In this document: positions 39,169 to 49,831 of the stretch, in pieces
How the letters are laid out: every line of letters begins with the position of its first letter
How positions within the stretch are numbered: position 1 is the first letter of the stretch
Assembly (NCBI GenBank): GCA_003427395.1
Contig: BFEA01000036.1
Coordinates: 3,344,640 to 3,408,147 of the forward strand
Source: Chara braunii
Lineage: Eukaryota; Plantae; Charophyceae
DNA: 63,508 bases
Direction: 5' to 3'
Translations under genes and position numbers: made by a program
The notes under the pieces: model-generated
The model's database searches: none
What the model saw: the letters and a program-made list of their open reading frames with translations, nothing else
Told to the model about the DNA's origin: nothing

Positions 39169-39661
39169 CCATGGTTATCTTTCTTTCTTTCTCTTTCTTT
39201 TTCGTTGTGTTTTGTGCGTCTGCTTTATGCCCCATGTTGCTCTTATGTCTCACTATGTTGAAACCGGAGTGCAGTGGGACATAGAAATCATAACAGTGCG
39301 TTGAACGAACGACCAGCCCCGGCATTCCAAACTCAGTTTTCATTTCCTCTCGATGGCCTCCCACGACAGTCTCCCACATCACAGATCACTTGTGTGTGTA
39401 TATGACAAGACAATTTCTACCCTTATGCGTAACCTTGTCACATCGAGTGGTAAGTCTGCAACACAACAATGCAGCCAATGAGTTAATTGCAGCTCATAAA
39501 TCAAGCCAAGATGTTACAAAGCACATTAAAGAAACGGAGATCATGAAAACGGAGTGCCTCACCCGCTCAAGTGTGGCTGGTGTTCGTTTTCTATAAAGTT
39601 GTTCTGTCCTTGCAATGATCCGCCAGAAGCAAAGAGAAACAAGTGAAGCAAGGAGGCTTAC

Positions 39662-39825
39662 CTGTCCTGCAAGTGCTAGCGAGTCTGCTAGCAGTGATGC
39701 TGCCAGCCACACCTGCACGCAGACTTGATGAGTCGCCATTGCGACAGTGCCCAGCCGAGCAGCCATTGATGTAGCAATTGTCATGCTGGAAAGAAGGGCG
39801 ACAGACCGCCCGAGAAGAAGACTCC
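39662..39825 (-). CDS. MATE/DTX transporter exon 5 in window
   Basis: GSLLLGRSVALLSSMTIATSMAARLGTVAMATHQVCVQVWLAASLLADSLALAGQ, the strongly conserved start of the second MATE repeat. TGCAG| acceptor, CAG|GTAAG donor. Confidence 0.95.
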
Positions 39826-40234
39826 CTGCACAGCGACACATCCATTCGAACGTTAAACACACCACTAGAATTGATCGGCCTTCTATTTTCTAGCCTTGTG
39901 ACAAGGGGAAGCGGCAAAAGAGCCTCCGGAGAGTGTGGAGGGGAGGAGGCTTGTCCGGGTGCTAAAACTTGAACGGCCGATTCACAGGACAGACATCTTT
40001 GGGGCTCTATGCTATCCACTCCTCAGCTGGCCCAGAACCGGATCGGTACCTGGGCAGGCGACGTTTCGCATAGTTCAGCATGCCAGACCCAGTCGTAGTC
40101 AGAGCTTAAAATCCGCTGCCCTTTAACCACAGTTCACCCGAGTTCGGATTTCCCGAACCTTACTGGAGGTTGTTGCCTTCAAAAGAAATGGTGGCGTCAG
40201 CCTGCAACCGCCATGCTAGGAATCCGAAAGTTAC

Positions 40235-40340
40235 TTCTTTGGGACATCCATTAAAATTGGAACGATACAGAGGCGATAAGCATGGGCCCTGCGCAATGAT
40301 GACATGCATAAATTGCAAAATGGTTCCAAAAAAAAAAAAA
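40235..40340 (+). pseudogene. U6: U6 snRNA retrocopy 1 (diverged, poly(A) tail)
   Basis: GGGACATCCATTAAAATTGGAACGATACAGAG...CATGGGCCCTGCGCAATGATGACATGCATAAA...ATGGTTCC plus A13. Confidence 0.9.
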
Positions 40341-40595
40341 CTGACAGCGAGCAGCTGCTGCCATCATTTTCTTCCAAGGAGGCCACCAAGCCGCTACTTG
40401 TCCAGCTTGTGTGCACCGGTGGCAGTTGTGATTCGCCGCTGAGGCATCAGTGGTTTAAGCCCAAGGGCCAAGTCCAACACATACAGCCGTTGGCCCCCTA
40501 CCCCTGGCCAGACCGCCCAGAAAGGACGCCCCCAGTATTACGGCCATCCAGGGGGGGTGGCTTGAATTCAGGAGTCCGAATTCAGCTACACCTTA

Positions 40596-40760
40596 GGGAG
40601 AGATCCCACTGGCAAAAACAATTGGAATAAGTGTCTGAATCTGGACGTGTTTGAGGAGAGGTGCAAAAACTGTAATTGATCTTCTTTTCTGCATCTCTTC
40701 CTGGAACACGTCCTGATTCAGACACTTATTCCAATCCTCTTTGCCAGTGGGATCTGGCCC
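40596..40760. mobile_element. PIF/Harbinger (Tourist-like) MITE, long hairpin
   Basis: Arms AGATCCCACTGGCAAA..TTGGAATAAGTGTCTGAATC..GACGTGTT pair with 40705-40755. TTA on both sides (40593-40595, 40761-40763). Confidence 0.8.
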
Positions 40761-41256
40761 TTATCCACCAGGCATGACTTGACAAAACTACAACTGTGCA
40801 CCTAGGGAAGAGTACCTGCCACATAGAGTGTCTGAGTTGTTTCTGCTTGGGTTTCTTCTCTGTCGTCAACCAACTGCCTATATCAGACGATAGCGCACAT
40901 CAAATTGGGCAAGGCACTTCATTTCTGACAATCTTTTATAAGATAATAATGACGGACTACCGATCAGACAACAGATGCCATTCTTTCCCCGAAGGCAATG
41001 CCCGGTCATTTTCATTGGTGTCCGGCCAAACGGTGCACTAAATATAGCTATAATAACCACAAGACTTCAAGAGTTGTGTTCGGGAGAATGGAGTACCTTC
41101 TCTGAGGGCAAATCACCCGCAGAGCGACAAGAGTCCTGAGTTGCGACACGAGGAAGAATATCACCAACCGAGACAAGACACATAGTTGCCAAGAGATAAG
41201 TTCAGATAAGCAATTATAGGTCAGGCCTTCTGTCAAAACGATTCAACAGACATCGA

Positions 41257-41378
41257 GGGCATCACCACACCACTCTCGAAATGTGCAAAATGAAAATGAA
41301 CTTCCCGCTAGAACATGATCAGATGCACCCGCCACATTTTTGTCTTTTTCACATTTCGAGAGTGGTGTGGCGAGGCCC
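41257..41378. mobile_element. Tourist-like MITE with ~29-bp TIRs
   Basis: GGGCATCACCACACCACTCTCGAAATGTG vs reverse complement GGGCCTCGCCACACCACTCTCGAAATGTG. TSD degenerate. Confidence 0.7.
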
Positions 41379-42249
41379 CAAGAGTTGAACGGTCCTTCCA
41401 CTGAGTGAAGCATCAAGACACGGACATACCGACCCAGACCGAGATAAGAGCAATGGATTGTAGCAAGGGAAAAAAAAAAAAAAAAAAAAAAAAACAGGAC
41501 AAAATGTCCTTAAAAAGTTAAAGAGTCATTTCTGACTTGTACAAAAGTCGTAAAAAGCGCCGCTGCAAATGGCCTCTCAACCTCTCAAGAAAATGGAAAG
41601 AGTGCCATCAGGTGCCCTGAGAGCGAAGCGTAAGAGCGTCCTCATCATATCGATCATACCATGCGCATAAAGCTGTCAATGCGTGGCCTACTCCATCCAT
41701 ATTATTCATACTTGCAACCGCACTGTGCACCGGACCGTGCGGTCGCCACACAGCGTGCGGTGCGGCACCTGCTCGTGCGCTGTACCAGCGGCAGTTCCCC
41801 TTTTTTTTTCTGTAGATACAGAAGAGTGTAACACCTAAGGAACTGATCTTTTTCAAGAGTTTTCTTTCCATCCAATTGGGCATATGAGAAATACCCTCGA
41901 AAAGGTGTCCGGGACCTTTATAGGTAGCGGCATAACCCTCCCACTAGACTCACTAGTTTTGTTTTGTTTTTTTCCCATCCCACAACAAATCTTTAAAGGG
42001 GACGCAGGTGACCATTGACCCAGCCGTGCGACCCCTTTTTTTTTTTTTGAGTGAAAATATTTTCCCCGTGCACCGCACCGTGCGGGTCCACTCGTGCGCC
42101 AAACATGCGGAATTTTCAGCATGGCGTCCGCTTGCATGTATGCAATGTATGCTATTATTCAATCTTTCAGTTTTCAACTTTTCACACATACACAAGACCC
42201 CATTGACTCTTCTTTTCTTTTCTTTTCTTTTCTTTTCTTTTCTTTTTAT

Positions 42250-42698
42250 GTGTGTTTGTGTGCGTGTGTGTTCTGAATGTTCACCACAACACCCGCTTAT
42301 CCACCCAGATGAGTAGATCCAAAATCGAAGCAGCTTTAGTCCCATTGCAGACAACGAAGCACAATTGAGTTGAGACAATCGAAGAATGAAACAGTTTTGA
42401 CCTCTATAGCAAGCAACACGGAGCCCAATAGATCCGTTCAAAATTTAAATGCCTTTTCTAACTGTAGTTATTTTGGTCTTCTTGGGGGTACCCCTTTCAT
42501 TTGTTCTTGCAGCTCCCCTTTATCTATGCCTTTCACGTACAAGGCTGGCCACGTTGATTGTGGTTGAGCGTCAGCTGCACACATCCCCGTGTGCCTTAAT
42601 GGCACACTTTCACGTTATAAGGGGGGGTGGGGTAAAGGGGGAGGGATACTCCTGTTCATTTTTGTTCAGATCTTCAACTTGTATTTCGTCTGTTCTCT
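42250..42698. repeat. Dispersed ~440-bp repeat, copy 1
   Basis: Colinear with ~49400-49831 (CCACCCAGATGAGTAGA.CCAAAATCGAAGCAGCTTT...AGATCTTCA.CTT.TATTT.GTCTGTTCTCT). Confidence 0.85.
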
Positions 42699-42786
42699 TA
42701 GTGTGTGCGTGTGTGTGTGTGTCCTGTAAACCATTCACCACAACTTCCCCTTCCGTTCGATATGTGCTATGTAGAAATTATTTTCA

Positions 42787-42832
42787 TTTGGACCATTTCT
42801 CGGTTCATGTGTGTCATCCATGCACAAGGGCC

Positions 42833-42864
<32 letters not shown>

Positions 42865-42882
42865 AGGAATGCCGCACAGGAC
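42787..42882 (-). pseudogene. U6: U6 snRNA retrocopy 2
   Basis: Reverse complement contains TAAAATTGGAACGATACAGAGAAGATTAGCATGGCCCTTGTGCATGGATGACACAC...GAGAAATGGTCCAAA. 5' stem mutated. Confidence 0.92.
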
Positions 42883-43310
42883 ATATGTCAAGTTGAAAAC
42901 ATTATTACTATGGTCGTTTGCCGCAAATTTCCCTACCAATTTTATCGTCGTATGTCAGCGAGACTGCAGGGTTCCCCAGCTGTGTGTGGTGGTGAGCAGG
43001 CAATGCCGGCACAACAGCCTCTATTCTGCACACCTGTACCTGTGTACTTTTATCTGTTCTCTTTCAATGGTCAGGCCCAAGATGGCAACTTAGAGGAAGA
43101 TGGAGGGGAAAGGGAGGAACACAGGAGGTCTGAGGGGAAGAGCAAAGAAGAAAAGGGGGAAAGAACTGGTCCATCCATCGATGCACACTGCCACAGCAAA
43201 GTGGCATTGAGGTAAGGTAATTGATGGGCTGAGCGGCGGGAAATGCACGGGAAATGCATGGGAAAGGCAGCATTTCATCTGCACATGGCCTTTTTTCTTC
43301 TTCCTCTTTT

Positions 43311-43473
43311 GTTTTAAACAACAATCCCCTTCTATTCTGATAGGCATCAGTCTGGCTGCTTATCACCGGCAAGCATGTTATACACAAGTTCTTTTTTTTA
43401 AAACAACAATCCCCTTCTATTCTGGGGGGCATCAGTCTGGCTGCTTATCACCGCCAAGCATGTTATACACAAG
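43311..43473 (-). mobile_element. Head-to-tail pair of ~80-bp A-tailed LINE-tail-like elements
   Basis: Minus strand: ACTTGTGTATAACATGCTTG(G/C)CGGTGATAAGCAGCCAGACTGATGCC...CAGAATAGAAGGGGATTGTTGTTT-An, twice. Same family as 38829-38913. Confidence 0.8.
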
Positions 43474-44303
43474 TGTAACAGAGAGAGAAGAGATAAGAGG
43501 AGGGGGTCAGCTCAGCCCTTGCGGCACTAGACGCCTACACAAAGGGGGGCTGCTACAGAGCGCCCATCTCCCAACCTTGATCCGTCCTCAGCGGCTATTC
43601 TACTGGGCGGGAGGCTTACTAGCAGCACCCAGACACACAGTAGAGCAGCCACCGTCTTCACGCGAATAGAACGCCCGGTCATTTTGAGTGTATCTGAACC
43701 AACTTTTCTGCCAGTTGCAGCGATAATGACCAGGCGTTCTATTCGGGTGAAGACGGTAGAGGGGCTTGGCACAGGGGGGGGGGGGGGGGGGGGGGGTGGT
43801 TCTGAGCAGTCCTTCAGGCCGCATGCCAGTCCTTCATCGTTTCTTACTATGCCTAAGTCATCTCCACCCCATAACTACCTCCATATCCATTTCGTTTCCT
43901 ACTCCAACAGTCTGCTATTCCAAGATCGTCATTCCCCTTCTCCCAGTCTGTCCTACTATACCATCTCACACTGTGAAGTACATTCCTACCAACCGCCACC
44001 CCTACCCCAATTAGGCCAGGTCTGTACCATTTGGATGTTCCTCATTGTATCTATTGAATGTATATCCCCAGCATTTCCTTTACCATCCTCTATTCCATCT
44101 ATCAAGCACATGGGCTTTTTTAAAGTGTGTGCTTTTTCTTCTTCATCTTTTTGACGGCTATCCCACGCAGCACACTATCATCATTGCCAAGGCAGCATGT
44201 GGCCTATGGTAAATGACTACGAGGATAGACAAGACAGTCATGGTTTGAGTGTGGCCGGTAGGAAGCAGCACAACCACCATAGCCAGCCAAGTGGAATGCA
44301 TAC

Positions 44304-44404
44304 CAGCACCAAGAAATCTGCCAAATTTCAGAGATGACAAGCTTTGGGGAACAAGAGAACAACGTAATCCTAATGAATATAAAAGGTAACCCGCCATTAA
44401 GTAC
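44304..44404 (-). CDS. MATE/DTX transporter exon 4 in window
   Basis: (E)YLMAGYLLYSLGLRCSLVPQSLSSLKFGRFLGA(G). TTGCAG|G acceptor completes the GA|G codon; G|GTATGC donor. Confidence 0.9.
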
Positions 44405-46159
44405 CTGCAATGGAAAGCAAAACAGAAAATCAATTAGTTAGACCTGTACCATTGTATGTTTGGCCTCGGGCACTGGGCCCTAACAAGAAGGATTTCAAAA
44501 AAAAAATAAAAAAAATAATAAAAAAAATTCATTCAAATCAATTCGTTAGTCAGGTAACCAAGTTGATTACAATGTACTTTAGCCACAAGTTGTACCAAAA
44601 CAAATGATTTCTCTTGATGGGGATCTTTTTCTTTTTTTTGGGGGGGCCGGGGAGAGGGGGGGGCCGGGGGGGGTGGGGGAGGAGGGGGGAAGTACAAATC
44701 TATCAATCTGTATCCAACCGTTTGCTTCAGGTCTGTTTTCAAAATGTGAGATTGTGGCCTGACTTATGGCACCTTCCAGATCTATTTTTGGTGTCCCTTA
44801 CCTCCCAATCTGCTCTAGCATTTGGAAAGCTTTACGGTCTAGAGATTTGGATGGTGGTCCGGTCTGGTACCCGCCTGGGGGATTCATCAACTGCATGGCA
44901 ATTACAGTTCGATGTTGAGGATTGGCACAGTCCGCGGCTTGGACATTAGTCATTGATTGGAGAGCATAATAACCGTTTGACACACACAGAGACCCTTAAG
45001 TTACGGGCTCCTACAAAGAAAATCAAGAACTTATCTCGGTTCCAGGCGTACACTATACCCCAGAGCAGCTCTTTGTTTGGTGCATCAGGCCTTACCAGAG
45101 AACATGAGGAATCTGTTTAGCAGCCACAGCTTCTCCTACCTTTCATACGGACTGGGTTCCAGACAGTCCGGTGTCCGGTGTCCGGTGTCCGGTCTCTGGT
45201 CGTCATGTCCAGATGGAGGCTCCTGTGGCAAAAAAAAAAAAAAAAAAAACGGGGCGGCCCAGGTCGTTTATCGGGTCCTGCCAGTCTGAAGACTCTGACG
45301 TTCTGAATTGAACTGCAAAGTTCGGACTTTTAAGTTATATATGAACTATTATGAAGTTATTAAATTACTAAATCCAAAGTTCAAAGTTCAAAGTTAATCA
45401 TACATTTTTCAAAAAAAAATTCTTTGTTTCTTTAGTCTTGTGCCTGCTTTGCACTGTTTGCAACGCTGCATGCCTGCTAGTTAAATGTGCTGGTTGATTT
45501 GCTGCAAGACATGTGCTCTGCTGCCTGAACTACAGAGTGCAAAGCAGGTAAGTGCCTGCCAACACCCCCACCCAACACCCCCCAGCACCCCCTTCTTCTT
45601 TTTTTGGTCCGGTGATGTCCGGATCCGGGGTTACCATGCAGAAAAGTCTTTGGTTTAGAAATTAGTAGCCACTTTGAGGACAAGTAGTGATGGGAAAACA
45701 CTTCAAAGTTCAAAGGGAATTGTAGCAGGGGGGGAAGAAACTGTTTTTTTTTTAATACCTGTAGTAATTAGAAGAAGAAACAGCTCTACTTGCTGGATGC
45801 CCATAATGTGACAGCGAACAAGAGGACTGGTCTTACGACGAGGGTGTCAAGCTGGTAGGGGAGGAGGATGGTGCTTGGGAGGTAGGAGTAATTGGCGCAT
45901 TCGGCAACAAGGGAAAGGTTAGGGTCTACCATCTTCAACAAGTCCGACGAAGAAACCGTGGAAGATCTACCACCTGTAAAAAAAACTGTTGCGGAACAGA
46001 ATGTAGAGGGGAGGTGTCGGGAAATGGGCCACATTTTATTCTATCTACACAGATTCTACAGGGAAAGGAATCAAGCCAGTACAGTGAGTACACTGTGCAG
46101 CGATTGAGGAAGTAGCGCCATCCAGTACAGATGTATCATGTCCCTTCAGTCACAGTCTG

Positions 46160-47030
46160 ACAACATATGGCGGTTGACCCTAAAGCTACCCTCCAGTCAC
46201 AGTCTGACGATAAGATCATCTGCACTCGAGTTGTGGTCATAAGGGATTGGCATAGATATTGGACTGAGGTAAGATTTTTTTGGGGGCTGGTAAGATGCTA
46301 TAGGCAGTGTTTTTTCAACAATATTATAGGCAGTGTGCTTTCAACTATAGTAGCATGACTAGCCCCTTTACTGATTTGACAAGGCTTGACAAGTTTTTTT
46401 TTTTTTTTTTTTGAGCAAAGCCTTTGAGCGATTGAAGACCGCACGCATTAACTACTGTCACAGTCTTTGACAGAGCTGATCCTGCCGAGCCTTTTTCTTT
46501 TTTAAACCGACGCCTCCTCTCTGTCCGCTCTACTTAAACCCTAAACCCTACGGAACGGGCAAGTCGCTCCAGCCTAAATCCTAGCTTATCCTAGCTTACT
46601 GTCTCAGAGGTTGACTACTGATGAAAGCCAGTGAGGGATAGTCATTGTGTTTGCAGCAACAAGAGGGGAAAAAGCCAAGACGTGTTGAGTATATGTTTCA
46701 GAACATGCCTGTGAGCAAGCCCTTGGCCAATTGAAGAGAAAGCTTATTAACTATTCTTGTGTCCTAAAAATTTTTGATCCTGCCAAGCCTTTCAATTTAA
46801 CCATTGACAAAAGCCAGAATGGGATAGGCGCAGTGTTGCAACAACGAGAGGGGAAGGAACTAAGAACTGTTGAGTACACACGTCTAAGAAAGACGCCTTC
46901 CAAGAAAAACTAGCTGCATCTACTGATGAAGGAATTCTGTGCGCTCTGTTTACGGCTCTGAAACAATGGGAAACACTATCTCCATCATAGACACTTTGAA
47001 ATGAAAATGAAGTCCGACCATGAGACACTC
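46160..47030 (+). pseudogene. Highly degenerate Gypsy RT-RNase H fragments
   Basis: IRDW..TEVRFFWGL..YR, LKIFDPAKPFNLTIDKSQNGIGAVLQQ, KSDHETL. Confidence 0.75.
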
Positions 47031-47214
47031 CATTTACCTATGGCTTCTTGGGTGGGTGACCGGCGCGTGCAGCTATTGGGCATTTCTGGGTCATGGGCGG
47101 GTCAACATTTGCTCTGGGTCACCTGTAGGGTGGGTGGGCAGCTGGGTGAAGCTTTGGTCTGGGTCACCCGGCCCACAGACCCAGGACCACCCGAAAAAAT
47201 GACCCCCTCCTCCT

Positions 47215-47269
<55 letters not shown>

Positions 47270-49364
47270 CCTTTGGTGCCTTCCACCTTCCCCTCCTCAA
47301 AAAAAAAAGAGAGCCATTGGGTCCACCTGTACAACGCACAGGCTCGAGGTTGAGAGTGAGAGAAAAGAAAAAGTGGGCCTGGGTACAGTCGCTCAGGCAC
47401 TAAAAGAAGAACGTCGGGGCAAAAAAAGAAGGGGTGCGGTCCAGCAGTCCAGCCCCTCGCCCAGCCAATAGAAGAACAACGTCAGGGCCAAAACAAAAAA
47501 AAAAGTTATCTTTTGTCTTTTCGCTCATGAAAAAGTGGGCCTGTTCTATCTCCATCATTATATTTTTGCCTTCTCGCTCCTCTCTGGCCACCATACGATG
47601 CTCAACTTTTGCCATTCTATCCTTGCAATCTTTCCTTCTCCCAGGGCCCCTTGCATAAACTTTCTAAACATCTCCTCTGCCTTTTCTTGCTTATCTTTAG
47701 TCTTCCTCTGTACCCTACTCCATTCTGATGTATACAGTCTGTCTTGAGCAAACATCTTCATCCCTCCACTCTTCCAATGTTTACTCGCTTTTGATCTATG
47801 GATCAGCCAGGCATGCTGATTAGCATGATCACCACCTTCACAATGGAGCATGTAGTTACCATCGTGACAGGCAGGGTGAGTTGGCGCAACATAATCCGGA
47901 GCCAGTGAATGGACCGCATTTCATCTCAAAATCCCAATCATCATTTTCTTCAATCCAAGGAAAAGAACATGGGGCATGCTCTTCACTTGGACACTGAATT
48001 TTGAATGATAACACCGGCAGGCCCGGGAGCGTAGGCTGGTTGGGAGTACTTCGAGTTGTCTCAAAAAAAAAGGCTGTTATGATCCTGGCCAATTTCGAAG
48101 TACACATTCATGAGAAAGTACAATGACGTCCAATTGCAAAAAGAAATGAATGAACTTGAGAGGAGACAGAGGGAAAGAAGAAGAAGAAGAAGAAAGAAAG
48201 AAGAAGAAGAAGATGATGTACACAGCATAGACCAATGAGAATGCTCTTCTTCTTCGCCAACCACTGTCCGAATCACACTTCTACTGCAGGTATCACATGA
48301 GGTCCGCCATAGCCATGGCCACCCTTCTTCCTCATTCCTTCAAGGCCGAGGCTATGGCCGACTACCAGGGCATCGCCCTGCTGTGGAAAGGACAACACAA
48401 AGCAGCTATGGCAGCTCTTGCTCGGGCCGCCATGCCTGACTCTGCCTCGAAGCTTCTTGGTGTAGCTCTACCCCAACTGGGGCCTTCCAGATGCTGCACC
48501 CACCAAGGTGATGAAGATGGCATCCACCATAGCCAGGTAAGTACCTCTGGCGCATTCCCTCTTCCTCGTCCTTGTCCTCCTCTCTCGGTCCTTGCTCTTT
48601 CCCCAGCAGCGCTGAGCTGAGTGCTAGCACTGCTCCAGACGTCGCTCCAACCAGTGTGTCGGCAAACTTGCACAATGACAATGAGGAGGAGCACTTTGCT
48701 CCTCCTGGAGATATAGCAGCCTGCTTGCCTCTTGGCGAGCGACATCCAAGGCTGTGCGCCCTCCAAGCAACCGGTACCTCCTCCCTTTCGGAGGGAAACA
48801 TCATCGCGGACTCTGATATTGCCCGTACAGGCCCTAGACTCAGACTGGTTGGACTGGTACCCGCGTAGACCTAGCCTACAACTACTGGGCCTCTAAAACT
48901 GCCAACTTTTGTCTTCTTCTGCTCGGCCTCGAGTACCCGGCACATCTACCTCTACTTGGTGTGGTACCGGCCTACCTGCTACTTGAGTGTTTTCTGCTGC
49001 TCTAAGTGCCGCAGGCCTCTTTCCCTGTGAGTGTTTTCCCTGCTGCAACCCTCAATGTCACGGCCAAAGGTAAGTACCGGCCCTTTGGGCCTTCTGAAGG
49101 AACAAGTGCCCTTGCGGGTCACACACATACTCAAGCCGACAAGCACTCAGACAGGCATGCAGGCCAGCAAGCACGCACACACACAGACTTAGAAAACTCA
49201 GCGACAGGCGGGAAACTCAGCAAGCTATACATTCCATGAGCAAAACTCATAAATCAGCTGTGTGTCCCAGTCCGTGTTTGGCAGGTCATTACAAGGCAGA
49301 AAGAAAAAACGGAAGGCCACGGATTGTAGCCTCAGTTCTGATTGATCATGTGTCAAGGTATTTA

Positions 49365-49831
49365 CTTTTTCTGTTTTGTTTCTTCTCTCCATTCACACAC
49401 ATAACTTGTATGTGCGTGTTTCAGATTTTCACCACAACAGCCCCTGATCCACCCAGATGAGTAGAACCAAAATCGAAGCAGCTTTGGTCCTATTAGACAA
49501 CGAAGCACGCTTGAGTTGAGACATTCCAACAATGAACCAGTTTTGCCTCTATAGCAATTAACACGGAGCACAACAAATCTGCTGAAACGTTGTGAAATCC
49601 CTTTGTTGGTTTTCTTTCGGGCACCCCTTTCGTTTGTTCTTGCAGCTCCACTTTTACTATGCCTCTCACGTATAAGGCTGGCCACATTGATTGTAATTGA
49701 GCTCCACATGCCCACACCCCATTGTGCCTTAAAGGCACACTTGCATGTCATGAGAGGAGGCAGAGTAAAGGGGGAGGTATACTCCTGTTCATTTTTCTTC
49801 AGATCTTCAGCTTATATTTTGTCTGTTCTCT
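49365..49831. repeat. Dispersed ~440-bp repeat, copy 2 (left end also at ~52795-52845)
   Basis: See copy 1. CCATTCACACACATAACTTGT recurs at 52817. Confidence 0.85.
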
